DNA from: Xanthobacteraceae bacterium
GTDB lineage: Bacteria > Pseudomonadota > Alphaproteobacteria > Rhizobiales > Xanthobacteraceae
Direction: 5' to 3'
Assembly: GCA_019746135.1 (NCBI GenBank)
Contig: JAIESI010000011.1
Coordinates: 604 to 64,603 of the forward strand
Length of the DNA stretch: 64,000 nucleotides
The notes under the pieces are model-generated. The model was given only the letters and a program-made list of their open reading frames with translations. It had not been told where the DNA came from and made no database searches. Made by a program: the position numbers and the translations under genes. Shown here piece after piece: positions 1 to 8,989 of this stretch (positions are counted from its first letter, which is position 1; every line of letters begins with the position of its first letter).

Positions 1-150
1 CGTGTACTTGCGCAGCTTCACGCCCGGCATCGCCCGCGCCGTGCTGGTTCCGATCGCCGCGAGCTGGACGTCGGGCCGCCTGGCAAGCGCACGTGCGATA
101 TGCACGAACTGAGCGGGGAAGTTGTTGTGAACGAATAAAACTTTCTTCAT
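1..150 (-). CDS. Glycosyltransferase family 4, N-terminal part (truncated by window edge)
   Basis: Manual translation from ATG at 150: MKKVLFVHNNFPAQFVHIARALA..., matching the F-x-H-x-N-F-P-x-Q-F start typical of a GT4 subfamily; open to position 1. Confidence 0.8.
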   Translation of the reverse strand, partial: MKKVLFVHNNFPAQFVHIARALARRPDVQLAAIGTSTARAMPGVKLRKYT

Positions 151-607
151 TGCGTGTCTGGGACCGCCAGCTTGCTCCGGTTATCGCCGAGCCTATCGCG
201 GCCATCGGGAACAATCTGTGACGCTGCACCTGTCGGCGGAATTTTTCGTTGCAGGTATTTTTGTATGACGGTGCGCAGACAAAAGCCATTTTTCGATGAG
301 AGCTTTTGCGCACGGACCTTGAACGCAATCAGCCAGCCGCCGCCAGGAACCGGGAGTCGGCAGGAAGATTCTCTTTGTGTTTGTGCGGCCTCGTCCGAGG
401 CTGTCACCGGGTCTTAGCATGATGGAGTCACAAAACCCGAAAGTTCCGGAACAGTGTGCGTCTACGATGACGTCCGCTTGGCAAGCGCGCATCGGCAGCA
501 CGCGAGATCGGAATTGTCTCGCCGGAGCCCGGTCGGCACGACGTCAACCGACCTGAGCGAATACATCGACGAAAATTGTAGCCAGCCAACGCCGAAAATG
601 GGGCCGC

Positions 608-1711
608 ATGGATCTGATCGCGCAACAGACCAAATCGCTGGAGATTCAGCAGGGCTTGTTCCTTGTCCGCTACGACTCTGCTGACGATCCGGTCCGGCCG
701 CCGCGGGTGATGGTTTCAACCGATTCCAAGAGCGTCCGGTTCGTCCTTCCGCCGGGCGTGGGCGAGCCGGTGCTGTGGTCGCCGGGCGCGTGCCTTGTGG
801 TGCTGGCGAACCGGGGCGGTCGTCTCGAAGTGGCGGTAGCCCCGGCGCAGCCCAGCGGCTCCGTCGGCGCCCGGATCAAGCTGGTGCCGCTTTCCAACGA
901 TCCGGCGGCTGCCAGAGAAGAGCCCGGCGCCCCGGCGGAGCGGCTCGACGCGTCGCGCATCCAGCTGCTCGGGCACGTTGCCGGCGTGGGCGACAAGGTG
1001 GTTCGCTTCGGCGAATGGATCGCCGGTCCGGCCTCGCCTTCGCGGATCGAGGGCATCGCCATCGAATGGCCGAACAAGCCGCGCGGCATCGATCTGCGCT
1101 ACGCGGTCCGCATTGGTGGCCAGATACCGGGAGCGACCCGGCCGATCGATGTCGGCGGATTTGCCGGCACGCGCGGCCGCGCGGCGCCGCTTGTCGGGGC
1201 AACGCTCGATATCGCCGGTCCCAACGCCGGCGGTTATCAGCTCGTCGCCGATGCGATGTTTCTTGGCGCCCCACAGATGCGCGTCGCGGGACAGCATATC
1301 GTTTTGTCCGGTCCGACCGGACGGGAACCGATGGTTGGCCTGCGGCTCGCGATCGAGCGGTCGGATCGCAATGCTGGAGCCGGCGGACAGCTTGTCGCCA
1401 CCATGCCGGCGCGGTTCGGCCGCGATCTTGGGGAGCCTGCTCCTGCGTCCGGCCACGTCAAGGTGGTTCGCGCGCAGCGCAGGCCGCTGGCCGCCGCCAC
1501 CGGGCACGAGGACCGGGCCGAGGCTGTCGCCGCCGATGCCGACGCCGCGCCCGACCGGTCTCGAAACGAGGTCCGAGTCTTTCGCAAGCGCGACAATGAC
1601 GATCGCCGCCTGGCAGCACGGGCCGAACGTCTTGCCGAGCGGAAAAATCTGAAACGGGCCCGATCCGAGCAGGCTCGGAAGAAAGCTCGCCCGTCGGGCA
1701 ATCCGCCCTGA
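608..1711 (+). CDS. Hypothetical protein with ChW-like repeats and a basic low-complexity tail
   Basis: 367 aa ORF; segments GHVAGVGD..GEWIAG..SRIEGIAIEW and FAGTRGRAAPLVGATL resemble clostridial hydrophobic-W repeats. Confidence 0.7.
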   Translation: MDLIAQQTKSLEIQQGLFLVRYDSADDPVRPPRVMVSTDSKSVRFVLPPGVGEPVLWSPGACLVVLANRGGRLEVAVAPAQPSGSVGARIKLVPLSNDPAAAREEPGAPAERLDASRIQLLGHVAGVGDKVVRFGEWIAGPASPSRIEGIAIEWPNKPRGIDLRYAVRIGGQIPGATRPIDVGGFAGTRGRAAPLVGATLDIAGPNAGGYQLVADAMFLGAPQMRVAGQHIVLSGPTGREPMVGLRLAIERSDRNAGAGGQLVATMPARFGRDLGEPAPASGHVKVVRAQRRPLAAATGHEDRAEAVAADADAAPDRSRNEVRVFRKRDNDDRRLAARAERLAERKNLKRARSEQARKKARPSGNPP

Positions 1712-1881
1712 CGACAGTCCAAAGACTGGAACCCGACCGCGTCGCCGTGCTGGTTCCGGCGCGCTGAAACGGCTGAAGGTACCGGCTTACTGACGCGTGG
1801 CCGCGATGGGGCCTCTATCCCGTCACATCGTTGCAGTAAAGCTCATCAAGGTTTCACGTTCAATTTTGGGGCGGTGCATCA

Positions 1882-2679
1882 ATGTCAATGGCAAGCTTCG
1901 GCCAACTGTCGCTTCCCGAATACCTCGAGCAGAACCGTGACGACCAGAATCTCTGGCTGTTTCTGCACATTCCCAAGACCGCGGGATCGTCGTTGAGCAC
2001 AGAACTCAGCCGCGAGCTCGCGCCCTATCGCAACATCCACATCGACTACACCAGGAAAGACGTCGGCCGTCCGACACAGATCCAGGACGCCGTGGACCGC
2101 TTTCTCGCGGACGCGAAAACGACCAGGTTCCGCTCCGCGTCCGGCCACATCACCATGCAGCACGCCACGCAGATTCGCGGCGCGATTTCGCGGACCAGGG
2201 CCTTCACCTTTCTGCGCGATCCGGTCGCGCGGGTGATCTCCGACTTCCGCTATCAACGCACGCCGCTGCACCCGCCCTACAAGGAGTTCATTGCGAGGTT
2301 TCCGCGCATCGAGGACTACGTCACCGCGCCGCAGTCGCAGGACAAGATGTACCGGTTTCTGGTCGGCGACCGGAAAACGCCGTTGCAGCAGGGGCTCGAC
2401 CGCATCGGCCGCGAGTTCACCTTCGTCGGCACGGTCGAGAAGTACCCGATGTCGTTCAACATCATTTTCCGTCTGTTCGGCCGCGACGTCATGCCGGAGC
2501 AGCACAAGCGCGCCACGCCCAAGACCGAAGACAACGAGGTCGCCGAGACCGCCGAGCTTCGCAAGCTCATTCTCGACGTGAACAAGCTGGACACCGGGCT
2601 GTACGATCATGTCTCGGGCCTGCTGAAAGCGCGCGAACAGGAGTGGACCGATCTGCAGGCCGCCAGCAAGGCGGCCTAG
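1882..2679 (+). CDS. Sulfotransferase (Sulfotransfer_2-like)
   Basis: 5'-PSB motif FLHIPKTAGSS and 3'-PB motif TFLRDPVARVISDFRY. Confidence 0.92.
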   Translation: MSMASFGQLSLPEYLEQNRDDQNLWLFLHIPKTAGSSLSTELSRELAPYRNIHIDYTRKDVGRPTQIQDAVDRFLADAKTTRFRSASGHITMQHATQIRGAISRTRAFTFLRDPVARVISDFRYQRTPLHPPYKEFIARFPRIEDYVTAPQSQDKMYRFLVGDRKTPLQQGLDRIGREFTFVGTVEKYPMSFNIIFRLFGRDVMPEQHKRATPKTEDNEVAETAELRKLILDVNKLDTGLYDHVSGLLKAREQEWTDLQAASKAA

Positions 2680-2801
2680 CGCAAAGGCGGGCGCGAAAAG
2701 TGGTGCTTGCGTGGCCGGACGGATATCTCGGAGTTCTGGTGATTGCTGACGCGTAAGCGGGCGTGTTTTCGCGCGAGTGATGCGGTTCGGGGGTTATCAC
2801 G

Positions 2802-3632
2802 ATGTCAATGGCAAGCTTCGCCGAGCTGTCTCTTGCCGGGTTTCTGGCGAGCCACCGCGACGAACAGAACCTGTGGCTGTTCGTCCACATTCCGAAAACG
2901 GCCGGCTCGTCTCTCAGCACGGAAATATCGAGAGAGCTGACGCCCTATCGCAATATCCATATCGACGGCAACGAGAAAGGCGTCGAGCATGCCGTGCAGG
3001 TGCAGAACGCGGTGAACCGGTTCATCGCCGACAGCGGCTCCGGCAGCTTCCGATCGGCGTCCGGGCACATCAACATCGGCCATGTCGACCAGATTCGCGG
3101 CGCGGTGCCGGCGGCCAAGGCGTTCACGTTCCTGCGGCATCCCGTCAAACGGCTGATCTCGGATTTCCGCTATCAGCGCACCCCGCTGCATCCTCCCCAT
3201 AAGGAGTTCATCGAAAGATTTCCGACGATCGAGAGCTATGTGACGTCGGAGATATCGCAGAACCGGATGTATCGGACGCTGGTTCGCGACGAGACGATGC
3301 CGTTGCAGGAAGGGATCGATCAGATCGCCCGCGACCTGGCCTTTGTCGGAACGCTGGAAATGTACCCGATGTCGTTCAATATCCTGTTCCGGCTGTTCGG
3401 GCTGGACCTGATGCCCGGGGATCACAAGCGCGCCACGCCGCAGACCGAGCACAACGCCGTCGACGAAACGCCCGAGCTTCGCAACCGCATCCTCGCGGTC
3501 AATGCGCTGGACATGGCACTCTACCGGCATTTCGCTGAAATGCTGCGCGCGCGGCGCGAGCAGTGGATTGAAATGCGCAAAGCGCAGCGGCCTGCGCAGG
3601 CCGAAGCGGCGGCCGTCGCCGGCAGCCATTGA
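2802..3632 (+). CDS. Sulfotransferase (Sulfotransfer_2-like), tandem paralogue
   Basis: FVHIPKTAGSS and TFLRHPVKRLISDFRY; colinear with the upstream gene. Confidence 0.92.
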   Translation: MSMASFAELSLAGFLASHRDEQNLWLFVHIPKTAGSSLSTEISRELTPYRNIHIDGNEKGVEHAVQVQNAVNRFIADSGSGSFRSASGHINIGHVDQIRGAVPAAKAFTFLRHPVKRLISDFRYQRTPLHPPHKEFIERFPTIESYVTSEISQNRMYRTLVRDETMPLQEGIDQIARDLAFVGTLEMYPMSFNILFRLFGLDLMPGDHKRATPQTEHNAVDETPELRNRILAVNALDMALYRHFAEMLRARREQWIEMRKAQRPAQAEAAAVAGSH

Positions 3633-3657
3633 TCCCGGCGCTGCAGGCTTGGGGCGC

Positions 3658-5070
3658 TCAGACCGCCGCCTTGGCTTCTTTCCTCGACGCTGCCCGCTTT
3701 GAAGTCTCTTTTTTCGGAGCTGTCTGCCTGGGAGAGTCCTGCTTGGGAGAGTCCTGCCTGGGAGAGTCCTGAGGGACGGGCTCCGCCGCGGCGTCGACAA
3801 TGTCCTGCGCGCCGCTCGGTTTCTTGACCGTCTCGTAAAGCTGCAGGAAGTAATTGTTCATCTCTGCCATGGTCGGCGGCAGTGCGCGCGCCGCGCGCAG
3901 CCGGGTCCAGAGCCCCATGTCGCCCGATGCGGTGACGAATGTCTCGGCAAGCGAGGCGATGTTGCGCGCGAGGAAGTGCAGACCGGTGACACCGTGCTTC
4001 ACCTTTTCCCGCATGCCGCCGATGTCGGCGACGATCGGCGGCCGCCCCGCGAGAAACGCCTCCTGAATGACCAGGGGGGAATTCTCCCACCAGATCGAGG
4101 GAACGACGATCCAGCCGTTCTGGCGCATCAGTTGGCAGACCTGGCTCGGCTCGTACATGCCCATGAACTGGAGGCGGGCGCCGAGCTGTTCGAGCGCGGG
4201 TTTCCAATGCTCCCCGAATTGCTGCAGGAACTGCTCCTGGTCGCAGCCATAGATCGCAAACGAGCTGTCGCTGGGGCCGTTCGCCACGGCGCGCTGCGCC
4301 GCCGCGACGAAGATATCGACGCCCTTGAACCGGGTGGGCTGGCCGAAAAACGCAAAGCGCGTGGTGAGAGCCGGTGAAAGCGTGCGTTCATCCTCGCCCG
4401 CGGGCCGCTCGTAACCGTTCTCCAGGACATAGATGTCCTTGGTCAGTCCCCATTCGACGAAGCGCGATGCGAGAAATTCGCTCGGTGCGGTGATCAGGTC
4501 GAACCGGCTCAGAAACTGATTGAACAGCCGCCTGCGCGCCCGGAACGCGTGCTTGTCGATTTCCGGGAAGCAGATGTGGCAGTCGATATCGCTCGCCCTG
4601 GTGCACAGGGCATTGTTGCCGGTCTTGGTCATCTGGCCGTCGCGGTGGCAGATGGCCAGAAACTCATGCAGCGTGATGACGAACTTCGCTTCCGGAAACG
4701 CGCTCATCAGATAGCAGATCGTGTCGACGCCCACATTCCAGAAATGATGGAAGTGGAACACGTCGACCTTCTGCGACTTCAGCAGGGCCAGAAGCTGGGG
4801 GAAGAATGAACGGTTCTCGTGGGTGAACGTGAAGCCTTCGAGCCCATGCACGGCGAACAGGTATTGTCTCTCTGCGTACGGCAGCAGGAATTCGCCGGGA
4901 TGGAAAATGCTCAGGTTGGGCTTCGACTTGGTGTTGATCGCCGAATAAAGGTGCACGTCCTGGCCGGCTTGCAGCATGCTTTGAAACGAATTGTACGCGA
5001 CCACCTCGCCGCCGCCCTTGGAGTAGAACGGGTGCGAGTGGGAAAATATCGCGACGACCGGCTTCCTCAT
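3658..5070 (-). CDS. Glycosyltransferase family 4
   Basis: SHSHP..KGGGE N-terminus; VPSIWWENSPLVIQEAF (E-x7-E) and IGGMREKV motifs; ATG at 5070 overlaps the upstream TGA. Confidence 0.9.
   Translation of the reverse strand: MRKPVVAIFSHSHPFYSKGGGEVVAYNSFQSMLQAGQDVHLYSAINTKSKPNLSIFHPGEFLLPYAERQYLFAVHGLEGFTFTHENRSFFPQLLALLKSQKVDVFHFHHFWNVGVDTICYLMSAFPEAKFVITLHEFLAICHRDGQMTKTGNNALCTRASDIDCHICFPEIDKHAFRARRRLFNQFLSRFDLITAPSEFLASRFVEWGLTKDIYVLENGYERPAGEDERTLSPALTTRFAFFGQPTRFKGVDIFVAAAQRAVANGPSDSSFAIYGCDQEQFLQQFGEHWKPALEQLGARLQFMGMYEPSQVCQLMRQNGWIVVPSIWWENSPLVIQEAFLAGRPPIVADIGGMREKVKHGVTGLHFLARNIASLAETFVTASGDMGLWTRLRAARALPPTMAEMNNYFLQLYETVKKPSGAQDIVDAAAEPVPQDSPRQDSPKQDSPRQTAPKKETSKRAASRKEAKAAV
3726..3770. 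repeat. 3 x 15-bp in-frame tandem repeat encoding QDSP(R/K)
   Basis: gcctgggagagtcct / gcttgggagagtcct / gcctgggagagtcct. Confidence 0.95.
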
Positions 5071-6734
5071 CAGCGCCACCAGAACATGTTGTGGATCGAA
5101 GCGTTCTGCTCACGCGACAGCGACAGCGGCCGCGCCGCGTTGAAAAACACCGCGACGTTCGGCGTCTCGAGAATCCCGAGCGCGTGCGGCGGCAGGACCC
5201 GGATCAGCCGCCTGACGTCCAGCGTGCTGAGCGGCGAGGTCCAGAGCTGGCCTGCGATCGCGCGCAGCACGCCGGCGCGCACCAGAAGCGGCGGGACCGA
5301 ATTGCCGCGATTGAGGCATAGCGTGGCCTCGGCAAAGGCACCTCGTTGCTTCTTGCCGTAGCGACCGCGAACCTTCTGGCTGACGACGAGGCTGTCTCGC
5401 GTCAGGGTCATGTCGGTCGGCGCGAGCGCGACCGCAAGCAGTCGCGGATCGGCCGCGAGCAGGTCGTTTGCGGCCTGCAAGTCGGCCTCGAAGCCGGGAT
5501 CGAGCATGCAGCAGGCGTCCAGCAGCAGCGTGTGCGCACGCTCGTTCGCCAGCTTGCCGAAGCAGGACTTCAGGCACGCGGACAACTCGATCTTGTGCCA
5601 CGTGCCGCCGATCATCCAGACCGGATCGAATTGGGTGCTGTCGGGCAACACGGCGCCGACGCCCGCCGGCGCAAGGCTCAGAGTGGCCAGGCTCAAGCGC
5701 AGCATGTGCGTCAAATGCGATTGGGAATCGAGACCGTGAACGACGAGCTCGATGGCAAAATCTCCAGCCGCGCTTTGCGGCGCGTCCACGAGACCAGCCT
5801 TTGGCTCAAGATGCCGGTTGATCGTGCCGACAATGCTCGTGACGATGTTGTCGAGCGCGGTCTGCGGATCCAGCACCCGTGTCCAGAACAGGTGCGTAAA
5901 CTCGGCGCTGTTGCGCGGCTGGAGCAGGATCTTGCTGTATCCGATCTCGTCGCCGACCTGGGCCTCGATGATCATGGTCGCCGATTGTGCCGATGGCGAC
6001 AGTGTGCCTTGCGAGATGATCGCGAAGCCGGGAGCGAGCTCGGCGGCCGTCGGTGCGTTCGGAAGGTCGGGCCGCCGGAAGGCGGATTGGAAGACGTGGA
6101 CCTGTCCGCCGCGGAGGCCGACCAGGCAGGCGCTGATGCGGGCCTGGGGCACGTTCGGCGGGGTCATCGCCCAGCCCTCGACATAGAACTGTCCGTCCGG
6201 CGTGCGGGCTCTGTGCTCGATGCCGGCCGATGTCTTGGGACTGAAGTTGTGCTCGAACAGCGAGATCTCGTTCGCCCAATTTGCGGCGAGCCTCTCGACC
6301 AGATCGTGAATCGTCGCGTGCTCGGCGGTATCGGGAAGATTGGAGATGGTGTTGAGCAGCTTGAGCCGGACCGGTTGCCACGCGTTGAAGAAGAACTGCT
6401 CGAGAGTGGTATCGCCGTATTGCACCAGCGGCAGGTCGGCTTGCGACGGATCGTCGCTTGTTCCGATCGACAGGCGCCAGTCTTCGATGGCGCCCCACTC
6501 GCCATGCACGACGGCAAGAAACCCGGTGCCCTCCTGGCGGTGCATCAGGAGATATTCGTTCGATTGCACGAGGTCGGGCCGCGCAAAGGTGTACACCGCG
6601 GACGAGACGTCGGCGTCGCCGGTGCTGCTGACCAGGCGCCATTGCAGGGGAGCCTTCGCGTCGGCGATGACCCAGCCGGACATGACGATGACGTTCGGCC
6701 CCAGACTTCGTGCCAGATCCATGTTGGCAATCAT
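5070..6734 (-). CDS. Hypothetical glycan-locus protein, possible degenerate GT2-like C-terminal domain
   Basis: 554 aa, translationally coupled to the GT4; two GW...RPDL beta modules; HTLLLDACCMLDPGF...DPRLLAVA resembles the GT2 DxD region. Confidence 0.65.
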   Translation of the reverse strand: MIANMDLARSLGPNVIVMSGWVIADAKAPLQWRLVSSTGDADVSSAVYTFARPDLVQSNEYLLMHRQEGTGFLAVVHGEWGAIEDWRLSIGTSDDPSQADLPLVQYGDTTLEQFFFNAWQPVRLKLLNTISNLPDTAEHATIHDLVERLAANWANEISLFEHNFSPKTSAGIEHRARTPDGQFYVEGWAMTPPNVPQARISACLVGLRGGQVHVFQSAFRRPDLPNAPTAAELAPGFAIISQGTLSPSAQSATMIIEAQVGDEIGYSKILLQPRNSAEFTHLFWTRVLDPQTALDNIVTSIVGTINRHLEPKAGLVDAPQSAAGDFAIELVVHGLDSQSHLTHMLRLSLATLSLAPAGVGAVLPDSTQFDPVWMIGGTWHKIELSACLKSCFGKLANERAHTLLLDACCMLDPGFEADLQAANDLLAADPRLLAVALAPTDMTLTRDSLVVSQKVRGRYGKKQRGAFAEATLCLNRGNSVPPLLVRAGVLRAIAGQLWTSPLSTLDVRRLIRVLPPHALGILETPNVAVFFNAARPLSLSREQNASIHNMFWWR

Positions 6735-6749
6735 CGGTCAATCCCGGGG

Positions 6750-8114
6750 CTAGGCTGCTGCGTTTCTCAGGAAGACCGGGTCGAGAACGACAAGCGCTGC
6801 GTCCGCGGTCTTGTGCTCGCCCGCGACCGCGAGCGACAGCCCGATCTCGACGATCTCGTTGGCCATCCCGTCGATGCGTACGTTCAACGGGCCGCTGGCA
6901 CCGGCCTTCAGATACCGTTCAAACGAGCAAATCGGGCCTTGGGTGTTTCTGACGTCGATGCTCAGCACCAGATCTGGTGCGGCCTTCGACGGGACCAGGT
7001 AGCTCGAGTGCAGTTCCGGACGGGCCTGGAGCACGACGTTCTGCCAGCGAATGGATGCATTCGGCTTTCCCGGCATGTTGGCATGCAGGGCGAACTTGAT
7101 TCCGTCTCGCTTTGACCACTGATTGGGCGCGAGAAGTTCCGAGGTCAGCTCGCCGCGGCTTTCGCCCGGCCAGGGCAGGTTGATCTCCTGCCGTCGGCCC
7201 CATTCGTTCGCCTCGAACACCCGTGTTTGGTTGGCAATCGCCACCCAGCGGCTGCGGTCGTCCTCGATCGGCCGGGGCAGGGGCAAGCGGGATGTCTGCG
7301 TGACAAATGCGCTGAGGCGTGCGGCGCGCTCGGCTGGAGCTTCGCCCCAGACGTCGAAGGAGTGCAGATGGTCCGGCAGGGACCATTCCTGATTGCGATC
7401 GGCTTGATGATTGATGGCGAGCCTGAAGCCGCGGTAGGCAACTCCCATGATCTGCATCGTCTGAAAGAGCGCGACGTCCCAGCCCGTCGACCGCAAATAA
7501 GACAGAGCTTCGGCAACATCGGGGCAGGTGAGATCGTGAAGCACAATCGCCGCCGCCGGTTCCATGAACGGTGCGCAGGTTTGCACGTCCCGCAAAGGCG
7601 CAGGGGCGACGTGATCGCCATCGACAAATGCCAGCGCCCATTTCCTGCCCAGTTTGCCGAGCTCGAGCACCGCTTTGGGACTTGCATCCGAATGCAACGT
7701 CATTCGACTGCCTGGTGCAGCCACTGACAGCGACCTCTCGAGTTCCGATTTCCATTCAGGGTCCTGCAACACCGGATCGATGACATCCAACGTAACACCA
7801 GCGCGTGCCATGTGTGCCGTTGACCACCCTCTCCAGCAGCCGATTTCGAGAGCGTGCTTGCCCTGGAACAGCAGTGCGATGTTGTACAGAAGTACCGCTT
7901 CGTCCTTGCTCAGGAACCCGGTCAGCGGATCGCGCCGATCCACATACCAGCGATGGCTGATGTCACGCCGAAAATGCGGCCATGTCACGGCCGACTTGTC
8001 TCCCACTGTGACGTTGGGAAACGCGTCAGCCACGTTCACGTCGCGAAGGCCCGATGCGACATAGTCGTAGTCGGAGCCCGGCGTTGACGTGTTTCGTTTG
8101 AACCAATACACCAT
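6750..8114 (-). CDS. Class I SAM-dependent methyltransferase (Methyltransf_24-like) with extra C-terminal domain
   Basis: ALEIGCWRGWST, FVDGDH and IVLHD motifs. Confidence 0.85.
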   Translation of the reverse strand: MVYWFKRNTSTPGSDYDYVASGLRDVNVADAFPNVTVGDKSAVTWPHFRRDISHRWYVDRRDPLTGFLSKDEAVLLYNIALLFQGKHALEIGCWRGWSTAHMARAGVTLDVIDPVLQDPEWKSELERSLSVAAPGSRMTLHSDASPKAVLELGKLGRKWALAFVDGDHVAPAPLRDVQTCAPFMEPAAAIVLHDLTCPDVAEALSYLRSTGWDVALFQTMQIMGVAYRGFRLAINHQADRNQEWSLPDHLHSFDVWGEAPAERAARLSAFVTQTSRLPLPRPIEDDRSRWVAIANQTRVFEANEWGRRQEINLPWPGESRGELTSELLAPNQWSKRDGIKFALHANMPGKPNASIRWQNVVLQARPELHSSYLVPSKAAPDLVLSIDVRNTQGPICSFERYLKAGASGPLNVRIDGMANEIVEIGLSLAVAGEHKTADAALVVLDPVFLRNAAA

Positions 8115-8173
8115 CGAGTTCCCAAGGTAGTGATGCCATTTGTTGGTCTTAAGGCACGTAAAGGGGAAGTACG

Positions 8174-8989
8174 GTGAGTATTCGATCGTTGTTTGAAGAT
8201 CGTGATATCATCGCCTACGTCGAACAAAATCGTGAACGAAGAGCTACTGCGCCCTGGGTATTTGTCCATGTTCCCGAAGCAGTAAGCGCGTCATTTCGCG
8301 AGCAGCTCGCCGACGCGCTGCAACCCGACTATATGGTGACGTTGAAGGGCACGGAGCGCGGCGGAAATTACGACGAAAAAGTTCAAGACGCCGTTCAGGC
8401 ATTCTGCAGAGCGGACGATTTCCAGCGAGCGCGCCTGATCACCGGGCATTTCAAGGCGTTTCAGCTCGATTCCGTCAATGCCATGAAAAATTCGCATCGG
8501 CTGACGATGCTCCGTGATCCGGTGGATCGGTTGTTGTCGGACTTCAAGGCGCAGTCGGATCCGAAAGCGGTCACGGCGCCAGGCTTTCTCGAATTTGCCA
8601 GGAAGCCGATGAACCAGAATGTGTTTCTGCAATACCTCTGCCCCAAGAACTTCTGGAAGCCGCAGGACTGCATGGAGTACATGCTCGACCGATACAGCTT
8701 CATCGGCTCCTGGGAGGATGCAAACCTCTCGCTCAAGATGTTCTATTCGCTGTTGGGAATGCGCGGGAACCTGAAGCCGGTGGAGCCGGATACCGCGAAG
8801 AGCGCCCTGCAGAAGAGTGATCTGCCGCCCGACATGGTCAGAACCGTCGCGCGGCTCAACGGCGGCGACTACGAGATCTATCGCTTCTTTCATGATCGTT
8901 TCATTGCGCTGAAGGAGAAGTTCTTCGAGCTCAATGATTACGGGCGGATGTTCCGTCAGATGGCGCCGGCCGCGCGGGAACGACATTGA
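8174..8989 (+). CDS. Sulfotransferase-like protein with degenerate PAPS loop
   Basis: FVHVPEAVSAS in place of FVHIPKTAGSS; ITGH and TMLRDPVDRLLSDF retained. Confidence 0.8.
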   Translation: MSIRSLFEDRDIIAYVEQNRERRATAPWVFVHVPEAVSASFREQLADALQPDYMVTLKGTERGGNYDEKVQDAVQAFCRADDFQRARLITGHFKAFQLDSVNAMKNSHRLTMLRDPVDRLLSDFKAQSDPKAVTAPGFLEFARKPMNQNVFLQYLCPKNFWKPQDCMEYMLDRYSFIGSWEDANLSLKMFYSLLGMRGNLKPVEPDTAKSALQKSDLPPDMVRTVARLNGGDYEIYRFFHDRFIALKEKFFELNDYGRMFRQMAPAARERH

